64,000 bases of DNA, from positions 1,414-65,413 of the forward strand of contig QXYA01000095.1 of assembly GCA_009887135.1 (NCBI GenBank). The letters run 5' to 3'. This document shows, one piece after another, positions 53,428-63,229 of the stretch; position 1 is the stretch's first letter; every line of letters starts with the position of its first letter. This DNA comes from Candidatus Poseidoniales archaeon. Its GTDB lineage: Archaea; Thermoplasmatota; Poseidoniia; Poseidoniales; Poseidoniaceae. The translations under genes and the position numbers were made by a program. The notes below the pieces were generated by a model. It did no database searches, was not told the DNA's origin, and worked only from the letters and a program-made list of their open reading frames with translations.

Positions 53428-56127
53428 TTCGTTTATTTTCCGCTCTGCTCGAGCCAGTAAGCCGCCTGATTGATCATCAGGCTCAGGTTGCTGAGGAGGC
53501 TTTCGAACCTGGAACAGCATCCACCCAACAAGTGCAACGAGTGGCACAATGATCACAGCAGCAATGAGGGATGAGCTTCCACTTGATGTATCATCCGAAT
53601 CTGCAGAAGGAGTCTCTGGCTCAACTGGAACCGTGTACTGAAGGCGCAATGAAACATCTGCAAAGGCTGGATCTCTTGCAATGATATCAAACTGTAGAAT
53701 CGAACCTTGGACCAATTCTCCAGTGAAAAGTTGAGTACACCAAGAAGTGATTAATGAAGAATCACAATTCATTATTCCACTTTGAAGTACACCGTCAAGA
53801 TTTATGATGACATCCATTTGTGAATCAGGATCTGTATCGCTCCAAAGCCATTGCAACAGAAGTGTGTTTTCAGAGGTCTTTGTGATTGACCCATTCGATA
53901 GAACAGGACGATCCGGTTCAGCACTTATCGTCAAGGTAATTCTCTTTTCGAAGATAATCTCACCATCAGTGACATTCAGCCACCATCCATTGTCAATTCC
54001 ATTTGCATCAATCAATGCAGAAATGAGCAACTCTTGACCAGATATCGCCATTTGCGACTTCGTTGAACCATCTGATTCTAATTCCCATACCAACGCATCT
54101 CCATCGGCATCAACAGCAAAATCAAGAAGGCTTACGAGAAGTGTCTCCTCCTCCCCTAGAGCAATATTCCATGACGATTCAGTAACATCAAATGCATCGT
54201 TCATTGCATTTACTCTGAACGGTACATCAAGTGAAAGAGGTGTATTGAATCCATCAGAGGCAGTTAGCGTGAACACTTCTGCGCCGTTAGCATTGGACAA
54301 AGGAGTAAATCGAATCGTGTCATTTGAAGGTTCAACGAACCATGAAAGCAACTCACCTTCTCCTTGAGTCAATCCGTTAATTTCCATTGCCAAAGGAGCC
54401 CCTTCAGGGTCAGTGATGTATTGAGACGCATCAAACCAAACAGCAGGACCATCTTCGTCAACCACTTGTTGTACCACCGTAGAGAGTTGAATAAGCGGGT
54501 CATTGATTGGAAGAATACTGCCGTTTAGGGTGACGTTCAACAGATCAAGGATAGCCCCACCTGCTTTCAGTTCCAACGCGACTTTCGTAGTCCCCTCCCA
54601 TTCTTCATCAAGTGGATGTGAAAGTGTGAATCCCAATAAATCGGCATCGATAATGATATTGAAATGTGATTCATTATCAAGAAGTGTGGCGTTGATGATT
54701 TCAATTGCTTGGCCATCAGGGTCGATGGCAATCTCAGAAGAATCGAGATGAACATATCCCCGTTGTGGAACAAGTAGTTCTGGGTAGGGATCAATCAATC
54801 CGATTGGATCATTTGTTCTGTTAAAGTCGAACGTAATGTATCCGGAACCGCCTTCTACAAAGACCTTCAATTTGATTTGATGAGCTCCCGGAGAGACACC
54901 ACTCATTGGCACAACGCACCGAGCCTCATCATTGATGATGACTCCTGAAAACACAGTAGAATTATCAAGAACACATTTTGTTGAAACGGTCCAATTTGAA
55001 GGGATATCGTCGTATTGATCACCGTTTCGCATAGACCATGATGCTAAGAAAACTGCTTCATCAGTTGGACTGAATAAGGTCCCATTCAAACTGATAGGTG
55101 TTGTAAGAGGAATAAGTTGCGCCTCATCGAAGTCTTCATCCACATACCCATTCGAATCGACCACTGTATCGACATCATTCGGACGGTTGAACGCCTCACG
55201 GAAGGACGAATGGTCTCCACGCAATGTTAAGTCAAGATAAGGAAGAACATGCTCCATTGCATGGTCGAGTTGTTCCTCTTGAGTGAGTGAAGCATCTCCA
55301 TCATTGAAGTCTTCAAGGAAGGAAGATGAATCTTGATACTGGTAATGATTTGCTCCAAGTGAGTGGAGTATTTGCCACGCGAACCCATCTACGTTTTCCA
55401 GTACTGGAAGAACGTGTTCTGTTGCTGGTGCTACTTCATCAGCACTTCCTGTTATGAACAGACCAATATTTGGAGCAGGTGCTTGTATCGTCAGTGGCTC
55501 GTTTACTTCCTCAACTTCAAGAGCAAGTCCAACAATAGCTCTCGGCGGTTGGACGGTTTGATTTGTTGCAAGTGTAAGCCAATTGATGTATCCATTGGTT
55601 GCGATAACAGCTCCTACGCCGTGTCCAATGAGGCCCCAATGAGCTTCATCTACGGAACCAAACATTCCAAGCACTGCCTCATTCGACTGGTTCGCATTAT
55701 ACATCCATGCTTGAATTTCCTCTAAATCGGAGATCAGATCATTGATTTCAACACTGGTTTGCCATGACGGAATGTACACCATCGTACCCGTTTGTGCAAT
55801 TCGTGAGCAGAGAAGCATGTAGTTTTCTGGAGTTTCATTTTCATCAACGATGAGAACCATCCATGGGAATGGACCGTTCCCTGCAACTTCACTGTCCTCT
55901 CCTGAAACCATTGCTGGATAGACGAGGCGATGATCTTGCCCAGGAGGTCCTTGTTGATTCACTGAAAAATCAATCCATCCGACTGGGAAATCTGGCCCTG
56001 AGTGAGGCGATTGGAAATTAGAATCCTCTTCTGGAAATGCTTGCACTCCCGAAAAGGTTGCTAAGACAAGCAACCCACACATCACCAAGGAGCGTGCGCT
56101 CATAGGGTTGGCTGGCTCTTCGGACAT
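53422..56127 (-). CDS. Surface protein: alpha/beta-hydrolase-like N-domain (no catalytic Ser) + cadherin-like repeats + C-terminal TM
   Basis: LVYPA..GPFP, GLIGHGVGA, GSADEVAP, GANHYQY; PINDP, TDPEG, NANG, AMNDA; TM LIAAVIIVPLVALVGWMLF. Confidence 0.78.
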   Translation of the reverse strand: MSEEPANPMSARSLVMCGLLVLATFSGVQAFPEEDSNFQSPHSGPDFPVGWIDFSVNQQGPPGQDHRLVYPAMVSGEDSEVAGNGPFPWMVLIVDENETPENYMLLCSRIAQTGTMVYIPSWQTSVEINDLISDLEEIQAWMYNANQSNEAVLGMFGSVDEAHWGLIGHGVGAVIATNGYINWLTLATNQTVQPPRAIVGLALEVEEVNEPLTIQAPAPNIGLFITGSADEVAPATEHVLPVLENVDGFAWQILHSLGANHYQYQDSSSFLEDFNDGDASLTQEEQLDHAMEHVLPYLDLTLRGDHSSFREAFNRPNDVDTVVDSNGYVDEDFDEAQLIPLTTPISLNGTLFSPTDEAVFLASWSMRNGDQYDDIPSNWTVSTKCVLDNSTVFSGVIINDEARCVVPMSGVSPGAHQIKLKVFVEGGSGYITFDFNRTNDPIGLIDPYPELLVPQRGYVHLDSSEIAIDPDGQAIEIINATLLDNESHFNIIIDADLLGFTLSHPLDEEWEGTTKVALELKAGGAILDLLNVTLNGSILPINDPLIQLSTVVQQVVDEDGPAVWFDASQYITDPEGAPLAMEINGLTQGEGELLSWFVEPSNDTIRFTPLSNANGAEVFTLTASDGFNTPLSLDVPFRVNAMNDAFDVTESSWNIALGEEETLLVSLLDFAVDADGDALVWELESDGSTKSQMAISGQELLISALIDANGIDNGWWLNVTDGEIIFEKRITLTISAEPDRPVLSNGSITKTSENTLLLQWLWSDTDPDSQMDVIINLDGVLQSGIMNCDSSLITSWCTQLFTGELVQGSILQFDIIARDPAFADVSLRLQYTVPVEPETPSADSDDTSSGSSSLIAAVIIVPLVALVGWMLFQVRKPPQQPEPDDQSGGLLARAERKINES

Positions 56128-56128
56128 T

Positions 56129-57136
56129 TCATTCTTCCATTGATTTGCTTCTCGAAATGGCCAGTTCAAATTCACAATCAGACAGCCATGACATGAGTTG
56201 GGCAAGTGTGGGCAAATGTTCAGCACTTTGCGGAGCCCACAGACGACGCCATGATTCAAGATGCTGTCCAGCCAGCATCCATCTTCCATCGATTGTAGAG
56301 TTCTTTGAATCGAGGATGGAGTCCCTTTCTAGAAGTGAACCGTTCAAGGGAAGATAATCTGGCGTAAGCGTTCTCTTTACGGCGAGATGTTGATCGTACG
56401 TACCATCAAAATCGATGAGCAGGTCAAGTTGTTTCACATCTGCTAACTTTTTGGTAATCAGAGACGCATCGATTTTCCTTCGTCCACCAAGCGAAACAAC
56501 ATGGCCTCCCGACTCAAGCCAAGCATCTGCGATTGAACGGGCAGAACCGCCGCCCCCATGCAGACCAAGGATCGCTCCAGAAGCAACATCAATTCCGTGG
56601 TGAATTGCAACATCAACCACACCTGCACCATCTGTTGTAGCACAATACCAACCGTGGCCAGTCCATCGCAGCGTATTAACTGAGAGAATATCCATTCCTT
56701 TGTCAACAGGCGTGAAAGCCATACTTTGCAACTGATGCTTCAATGGTGAGGTAAGATTCAACCAAACCTCTTCACCGTGATACTGCGATGGAAGATGATG
56801 TGAGGCTGGCGGACGTTTTCGTGATGGTTCGACTCCTTCAAATGAAGGGCGTATATCTCGGGTTAGAACTTCCCCCACAAGTCTTGTAAGTTGTACCGAG
56901 TTCTTGTTGAGTCGACTTCCGAGTAGAGCCCAATCCGGATTATGTTCATCATGCTCGATATATCCCCATCCTAACACCTCATCCACGTGCACAGATTCAA
57001 TCAGTCGTAACGATCGAGGAATTAGATTCGGAATCTGGTTCTTTTTCTTTAAGTGATGGAATACCAGATGAAACAGCATTGGAGAGAGTGAATGCGATAT
57101 GGGCGAGCCTCCCACCGCATATCGTACCTCGCCCAT
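56129..57136 (-). CDS. Shikimate dehydrogenase-like protein (divergent, with insertion)
   Basis: GSPISHSLSP, NLTSPLKH, SVNTL, TTDGAG, GGGGSARS, DGRWMLAGQ. Confidence 0.72.
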   Translation of the reverse strand: MGEVRYAVGGSPISHSLSPMLFHLVFHHLKKKNQIPNLIPRSLRLIESVHVDEVLGWGYIEHDEHNPDWALLGSRLNKNSVQLTRLVGEVLTRDIRPSFEGVEPSRKRPPASHHLPSQYHGEEVWLNLTSPLKHQLQSMAFTPVDKGMDILSVNTLRWTGHGWYCATTDGAGVVDVAIHHGIDVASGAILGLHGGGGSARSIADAWLESGGHVVSLGGRRKIDASLITKKLADVKQLDLLIDFDGTYDQHLAVKRTLTPDYLPLNGSLLERDSILDSKNSTIDGRWMLAGQHLESWRRLWAPQSAEHLPTLAQLMSWLSDCEFELAISRSKSMEE

Positions 57137-57244
57137 GTACCCTCCATGGAACTCTTTATTGATGAACATCTGTCCCCAAAAACACGAGATTTTGTTTATT
57201 TCCGTCGGCATCGGATTCAAGAGGAAGGAGTGCATAGCATTACC

Positions 57245-57553
57245 ATGGCGGCAGCAGAACGTGGTTCATTTCTCTGGTTTATGTTCGGAATTACTCAATT
57301 TTTCCTATCGATTAAACTCATGGGAGAGGTAGAGGGATGGGTTACAACCCTGTTTGGAGGTGGGGCTGCTGCTGCAATAATGCTCGCCATCGTTGTGTTC
57401 CGCATGGAGCAAAAGGAATTACTATTGAATCCACTCAAACTCAATCGTGAAGTCAATGAAGATGCAATCAAGAATCAAGGCAAGGGCGTTGGTTTCGGTG
57501 TCATAACCTGGGTTGTTTCCCTAATTACCCTCATCTTCTTCGTCGACTTTTGA
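57245..57553 (+). CDS. Small membrane protein (3 TM)
   Basis: MAAAERGSFLWF...; start reset to avoid overlap with the divergent gene. Confidence 0.7.
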   Translation: MAAAERGSFLWFMFGITQFFLSIKLMGEVEGWVTTLFGGGAAAAIMLAIVVFRMEQKELLLNPLKLNREVNEDAIKNQGKGVGFGVITWVVSLITLIFFVDF

Positions 57554-57564
57554 TATCGATTACT

Positions 57565-57807
57565 ATGGTTTCCCCAGACATCACGACCTTTCGAACCATT
57601 GATGATGGTGCTGAAGAATTGTTTGGTGGATTTTGGCCGTTTTTGAAACGTACACTCCTAATTTTTTTGCCACTATGGACATGGCTTCTGTGCTGGAGTG
57701 CTGGATTCAACAACATCGTATCGGCAACTCTAGCAGGACTCTCCATATCAGTCATTGTTGGCATCGAACGGTACAAATTAAGCCGAACTCCCAGTAAAGA
57801 CAATTAA
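57565..57807 (+). CDS. Small membrane protein (2 TM)
   Basis: Two hydrophobic segments; co-oriented in the operon. Confidence 0.62.
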   Translation: MVSPDITTFRTIDDGAEELFGGFWPFLKRTLLIFLPLWTWLLCWSAGFNNIVSATLAGLSISVIVGIERYKLSRTPSKDN

Positions 57808-57829
57808 GGCCAACCTTGGATTGAGAATT

Positions 57830-58438
57830 ATGAGTATCTTTGAATGGCTTGCAGACCTAGCAGGAATCGAAGCACCAACCTTACTAGAAGTCATCTTCGT
57901 TAGTTGTGCTATTTTGGGAGGAATCCTTTTCTTCATCATGATGATTTTAATGCTCGTTGGAGACATTATTGGAGGAGTTGGAGAAGCGGTTGGTTTTGAC
58001 GCAGACATTGGAACAGATCTCGGATTCGAAATGTTAAGCATTCAAGGGCTTTCAGTAGCTGTGATGATGTTTGGACTCACTGGTATGTTTGGCCTATCGG
58101 CGACAGGCAGCGACGTAGCTGCCGTATTGTTCGGAGGAGCAGGTGCGGCCGGTGGAATGTACGGCATGGCTCAAATGATGAGAGGAATAAGCCACCTGCA
58201 AGCAGATGGTACTATGAATTACGATGATGCTATTGGCCAAAGAGGCCAAGTATACTCTCGAATCCGACCAAATGAATCTGGAGAAGTTCAGATTCCACTC
58301 GGTGGATCACTCAAGAACGTCATAGCACGTGCAAAAGATAAGGCCATGCTCATTCCTAGTGGAGAATTCATCAAAGTTATTGACCGTATTGGATCAACAA
58401 TGATTGTTATCCCGCTTGAGGATGCTTCCGAAGAATAA
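57830..58438 (+). CDS. NfeD-like membrane protein (YuaF/YqiJ-type flotillin partner)
   Basis: TM segments, LSIQGL..MMFGLTG, C-terminal OB fold IGQRGQVYSRI..GEVQI; directly upstream of flotillin. Confidence 0.82.
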   Translation: MSIFEWLADLAGIEAPTLLEVIFVSCAILGGILFFIMMILMLVGDIIGGVGEAVGFDADIGTDLGFEMLSIQGLSVAVMMFGLTGMFGLSATGSDVAAVLFGGAGAAGGMYGMAQMMRGISHLQADGTMNYDDAIGQRGQVYSRIRPNESGEVQIPLGGSLKNVIARAKDKAMLIPSGEFIKVIDRIGSTMIVIPLEDASEE

Positions 58439-58501
58439 GCGTCACCAAGGGTTTACGGACGTAGGCAAAGCAGTTAATAGGATGGGTTCTGTAAAACTAA
58501 T

Positions 58502-59893
58502 ATGGCGGACGCATCGACCTGGGCAGTTTTCATAATTTTTGCAGTATTAGCAGTTGGAGCATTTGGATTTATCCTTCTTGTAACTCGTTACAAGCGATGT
58601 GCTTCTGACGAAATCTTGGTTGTCTATGGACGTATCAAGGGGGGTGCAGCATCACGTTGTATCCATGGAGGTGCCGTCATGGTTTGGCCTCTTGTCCAAG
58701 AATACAAGAAAATCTCACTTACTCCAATGACAATTTCTATCCCATTGGATAACGCCCTTTCTCTGCAAAATATTCGTATCAACGTACCCTCCACATTCAC
58801 TGTTGGTGTAAGTACAAACCCATTGATTATGGCTAACGCAGCAGAACGTCTTCTGCACCTTACCAAGGACGCTATTGAAGCAATGGCACAAGAAATCATC
58901 TTGGGTCAACTCCGACTTACCGTTGCAAGTCTTACAATTGAACAGATTAACCAAGACAGAGATTCATTCCTCGAACTCATTCGAGACAACGTAGGTGCTG
59001 AACTACACAAGCTCGGTCTTTACCTCATCAACGTCAACATCATCGATATTACTGACGAATCAAACTACATCGAAAGCATCGGTAAGAAAGCTGCATCTGG
59101 TGCAGTTAACAAGGCGCTTGTCGACGTAGCAAACGCAGAACGTGATGGTGCAATCGGTAAGGCAAACGCTGACCGAGACAGAGAAGTTCAAGTCGCAAAC
59201 AACGTTGCTGAATCTCAGAAGGGACAGAAGACTGCTGAAGTTGATCGACGTGTTTACATTCAACAACAAGAAGCACTTGGTGTTCAAGGAGAAAACTTGT
59301 CCCGTGCAGAAATCGCATCGTACCAGGCGGATCTCGATGAAAAGGAAGCACATGCTATGCAGCGTGCTGAAGTTGCTCGAAGAACTGCTGAGATGGAAGT
59401 TCAAAAGGCACAGTATATGCTCGAACAAGAGCGTCTACGTGCTGAAGAGATTGTAAAGGAAGAGATTTCTAAGACTCAAATCGAGATTGCATCCGAAGCT
59501 GAAGCAGAACGTCTACGACGTATCGCTCGTGGTGAAGCAGATGCTGTACTTGCTCGTTACAATGCTGAAGCGGAAGGTACCAAAGCGGTTCTTGAAGCAA
59601 AGGCAAATGGATACAAGCAACTCGTTGCAAGTGCAGGTGGCGATGTAAAGGCTGCTGCGACCCTCCTCATGGTTGAGAAGATTGAAGAAATCGTTGCTCG
59701 ACAAACAGAAGCAATCGCAAACCTACAAATCGACAAGATCACAGTTTGGGATTCTGGTGCAGGTGGAAGCGAAGGAGGAAGCACAGCAAACTTTGTTTCT
59801 TCTCTCATCCGTTCCTTGCCTCCAGTTCATGATGTAGCCAAGATGGCTGGTGTTGATTTGCCAGATTATCTCGGTTCCATGAAAGAAGAGTGA
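58502..59893 (+). CDS. Flotillin (SPFH domain + EA-rich coiled coil)
   Basis: RYKRCASDEILVVYG, AAERLL, GQLR..LTIEQINQDR, AEAEAE repeats, IDKITVWD. Confidence 0.92.
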   Translation: MADASTWAVFIIFAVLAVGAFGFILLVTRYKRCASDEILVVYGRIKGGAASRCIHGGAVMVWPLVQEYKKISLTPMTISIPLDNALSLQNIRINVPSTFTVGVSTNPLIMANAAERLLHLTKDAIEAMAQEIILGQLRLTVASLTIEQINQDRDSFLELIRDNVGAELHKLGLYLINVNIIDITDESNYIESIGKKAASGAVNKALVDVANAERDGAIGKANADRDREVQVANNVAESQKGQKTAEVDRRVYIQQQEALGVQGENLSRAEIASYQADLDEKEAHAMQRAEVARRTAEMEVQKAQYMLEQERLRAEEIVKEEISKTQIEIASEAEAERLRRIARGEADAVLARYNAEAEGTKAVLEAKANGYKQLVASAGGDVKAAATLLMVEKIEEIVARQTEAIANLQIDKITVWDSGAGGSEGGSTANFVSSLIRSLPPVHDVAKMAGVDLPDYLGSMKEE

Positions 59894-59981
59894 TTCGGTT
59901 TAGCCGAAGAACCGCTAAATTGGACGGTTTATCCTCTGAATAGGGGTTTCTTTGAAAGCCAAACTGCTTTGCATAGAAATT

Positions 59982-61697
59982 ATGGCCAGTGATTTAGAGA
60001 TTGCAAGGAAGGCTGAATTAGAACCTATTGAAGCGATTGCTTGGAAGTTAGGTATTCCGTCAAGTGATTTGATTGCCTATGGGTCGAGTATGGCTAAGAT
60101 TTCCTGGGATGGGATGAAACAGCGCTTTTCTTCATCTAAAGGAAACCTGATTCTTGTCACATCTGTAAACCCGACTCCGTTTGGAGAAGGCAAAACTGTA
60201 ACGACCATTGGACTCACTCAATCCCTCTGCCGAATTGGAAAGAATGCAACATGTGTTATTCGAGAACCATCCATGGGCCCTGTTTTTGGAATCAAAGGTG
60301 GAGCTGCTGGTGGAGGTAATTCACAAGTACTTCCAATGGAGGAGATTAACCTCCACTTTACAGGAGATCTCCATGCAGTAACTTCTGCACATAATCTTCT
60401 TTCATCTTTAATTGACAATCATATCAAACACGGTAATGCCTGTAAAATTGATACGAACAGAGTCTTTTGGCCAAGAGTTGTTGATCTTAACGATCGTTCT
60501 CTCCGTGATGTTGTGGTTGGCCTAGGAGGTCCTGCAAACGGGAACGTTCGCCAAGATCGGTTTGATATAACAGCCGCTTCTGAAATCATGGCTATTCTTG
60601 TTCTTGCTAAGGATTACAGTGACCTTCGACATCGTTTAGGAGAGATTGTAATCGCTCAATCCATCGAAGGGCATCCAATTAAGGCTGAGCATATCGAAGC
60701 TGCTGGATCAATGGCCTTGCTCCTTCGCAATGCCTTTTTACCAAACCTCGTACAAACCTTAGAAGGAAATCCAGCATTTATTCACGGTGGACCATTTGCA
60801 AATATTGCTCATGGAAATTCATCAATTGTAGCTGATAGAATCGCACTCTCTTGTGCAGATTATGTTGTGACAGAAGCAGGTTTCGGAAGTGACATGGGGG
60901 CTGAGAAATTCATGCACATTAAGGCTGCAACCTCTGGAAAGGCTCCAGATTGCGTTGTAATGAATGTCACAGTTCGATCTATGAAACTTCATGGAAAGGC
61001 CTTTGGAGAACGCGGAGGATACAGACCGTCGAAGGAAGAACTTGAAACTGAGAATGTAACTGCTGTTGTGGCTGGAGCAACATCGAATCTTGATCGACAC
61101 ATCAAGAATATGCTTCGTTTTGGAATTCCTGTTGTCGTTTCAATCAATCGCTTTGCAAGTGATACCGATGCTGAACTCGAAGCAATTGAAGAAGCATCAC
61201 GAGCAAGTGGTGCAAGCAGAGTCTGTCGAACAGAAGTTCACTCAAAGGGTGGAGAAGGCGGAGAGGCACTTGCGAATGCTGTGGTGGATTCCATACACGA
61301 TCACGTTGCTGCAGGACGGCCCTTTTTGCCCCTTGTTAGCCCTGATGATACAATCGAAAAGAAGGTTGAAGCCATCGCAACTCGAATGTATGGAGCATCG
61401 AATGTAATCTTCGAAGCACCTGCACTACGTCAATTGAAGAAAATCCAAGAATGGGGATATGGTAATCTCCCTGTTTGTATGGCAAAGACTCAGTACTCTT
61501 TTTCACACGATGCTGGAATGCTTGGAGCTCCATCTGGCTTTGAATTACCAGTTCGTGAATTTAGATTAAATGCAGGAGCAGGTTTCGTAGTTGCAATTCT
61601 TGGTTCAATAATGACCATGCCAGGACTACCTAAGCGACCTGCTGCAAATGATATGGACATGGATGAGGATGGAAATCTCGTTGGTGTTTTCGGGTGA
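59982..61697 (+). CDS. fhs: Formate--tetrahydrofolate ligase
   Basis: PTPFGEGKT, REPSMGPVFGIKGGAAGGG, HGGPFANIAHG, TEAGFG, CMAKTQYS, MTMPGLP. Confidence 0.97.
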   Translation: MASDLEIARKAELEPIEAIAWKLGIPSSDLIAYGSSMAKISWDGMKQRFSSSKGNLILVTSVNPTPFGEGKTVTTIGLTQSLCRIGKNATCVIREPSMGPVFGIKGGAAGGGNSQVLPMEEINLHFTGDLHAVTSAHNLLSSLIDNHIKHGNACKIDTNRVFWPRVVDLNDRSLRDVVVGLGGPANGNVRQDRFDITAASEIMAILVLAKDYSDLRHRLGEIVIAQSIEGHPIKAEHIEAAGSMALLLRNAFLPNLVQTLEGNPAFIHGGPFANIAHGNSSIVADRIALSCADYVVTEAGFGSDMGAEKFMHIKAATSGKAPDCVVMNVTVRSMKLHGKAFGERGGYRPSKEELETENVTAVVAGATSNLDRHIKNMLRFGIPVVVSINRFASDTDAELEAIEEASRASGASRVCRTEVHSKGGEGGEALANAVVDSIHDHVAAGRPFLPLVSPDDTIEKKVEAIATRMYGASNVIFEAPALRQLKKIQEWGYGNLPVCMAKTQYSFSHDAGMLGAPSGFELPVREFRLNAGAGFVVAILGSIMTMPGLPKRPAANDMDMDEDGNLVGVFG

Positions 61698-61703
61698 TCC
61701 TGA

Positions 61704-62768
61704 ATGCAACTGCTAAAGCAAAGCGAGCAACATTGGAAACTTCGGATTGATTCTGAAGATGACTTATGGGTACTTGCAAGGTTTGCGATTTCAGGAAGAA
61801 GCCTTGCAATGCTTGGTGAACGTAGAGATACAACAACTGCAGAATCGGGAGATCGGGCTAAGGCTGCTGAGCGAAAAAAGATGTGGATTCAACTCAGAAT
61901 TATCACCACTGAATACAAAACCTACTCCAATATCCTACGAGTGCATGGCACAATTGAACAAGCCCCAATAGACGTTGGTTCACACCATACACATCTTATC
62001 GAAGTGGGAGATGAAATTGAGCTTCATTCACTACGTGGATTTCCTGAATACGACAGACTCTTGCTTGAGGAAACCATGAACTCCGATAAGAAGAGTACTA
62101 TATCGATCATCGTTGTTGAAAATGATGAAATTATTCTTTTTGAAGTTACACGGCGAGGATTGCGAGAAGGTGCTACGTGGACAATGCGCGGTGGAGGGAA
62201 GCGTGGTGATATTCGAACAAGTGAATCCGTTGCTAAATCGTTCCAACAACAAGTTGCAAAGGAGATTCTCGCTGCTACTTCAACAAATAAACCTATGATC
62301 TTGTGTGGGCCAGGTCATGCGAGAGAACGATTACGTAATGTGATTATCACTCAAGACCCACAACGAACCATCCGGCTTGTATCCACATCCATGGCAGGTC
62401 GCTCAGGAGCGAATGAAATTATTCGTGAAGGATTAGCAGATGAACTCCTCTCCCAATATGCAATTAGTAAAGAAATAAAATTACTGGAAGAGGTCTGGCT
62501 TCGTTTAAGTAAGAATGGAGCTGTGGCCTATGGTGAAAAAGAATTATCGAGAGCAATGAATGAAGGGGCAATAGAAACGTTACTCATTTCAGCGGACACA
62601 CTTCGAGACCCTGAAGCAATGATTGATGGCACACCTGTTTCTTCTTGGGTAGAAGCAATTAGTGACATAGGTGCTGAACTGGTTCAATGTTCATCTGACC
62701 ATGATTCAGGTGAACAACTCAACAACATGGGTGGAATCATTGCATTATTGAGATATCGGATGGTGTGA
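61704..62768 (+). CDS. pelA: mRNA surveillance protein Pelota
   Basis: EDDLWVL, LRVHGTI, GSHHT, CGPGH, VAYG, GAIETLLI, GEQLNNMGGIIALLRY. Confidence 0.9.
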   Translation: MQLLKQSEQHWKLRIDSEDDLWVLARFAISGRSLAMLGERRDTTTAESGDRAKAAERKKMWIQLRIITTEYKTYSNILRVHGTIEQAPIDVGSHHTHLIEVGDEIELHSLRGFPEYDRLLLEETMNSDKKSTISIIVVENDEIILFEVTRRGLREGATWTMRGGGKRGDIRTSESVAKSFQQQVAKEILAATSTNKPMILCGPGHARERLRNVIITQDPQRTIRLVSTSMAGRSGANEIIREGLADELLSQYAISKEIKLLEEVWLRLSKNGAVAYGEKELSRAMNEGAIETLLISADTLRDPEAMIDGTPVSSWVEAISDIGAELVQCSSDHDSGEQLNNMGGIIALLRYRMV

Positions 62769-63076
62769 ATGTGAAAATCCTGTACTTCTCAGAATTAGGA
62801 ACTAACCTTCGAGAAGAAATGAGTGGAGCACGTTGGTTGCTGATGTCAAGTACAGATTTACAATCCGCAACCGGAGCGCTAATGTTTGCAGAATTGGATG
62901 GAATCCTTATCGGAGTTGACCACAGAGGAGAAGAAATAACTCCTGGACTATGGCAGCGAGCAGTCCATTTGATGCTCGTTTCGGAACAGATCGATGCTGA
63001 TGAATTCGCTAAAAAAAGTGGAATCACAAAGGTGATTGCAGACGATGTTGGTCATCTTGTAGATTATACCTGGTAA
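62765..63076 (+). CDS. Hypothetical protein
   Basis: GTGA overlap with pelota stop; 103 aa. Confidence 0.6.
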   Translation: MNVKILYFSELGTNLREEMSGARWLLMSSTDLQSATGALMFAELDGILIGVDHRGEEITPGLWQRAVHLMLVSEQIDADEFAKKSGITKVIADDVGHLVDYTW

Positions 63077-63150
63077 TGGGTCCGGAGGGAATTGAACCCT
63101 CGATCTTCGCCTTGTAAGGGCGACGTCATAAACCCCTAGACCACAGACCC
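63077..63150 (-). tRNA. tRNA-Val (TAC), no encoded CCA
   Basis: Reverse complement GGGTCTGTGGTCTAGGGGTTTATGACGTCGCCCTTACAAGGCGAAGATCGAGGGTTCAATTCCCTCCGGACCCA; stem TCGCC/GGCGA. Confidence 0.95.
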
Positions 63151-63229
63151 AGCCTTCCGTGTACAGAGATGTATTTGAAACAAGAGGTATCCAATAACCT
63201 CAAATTAGATGCCAAACCGCGTTTAGACA

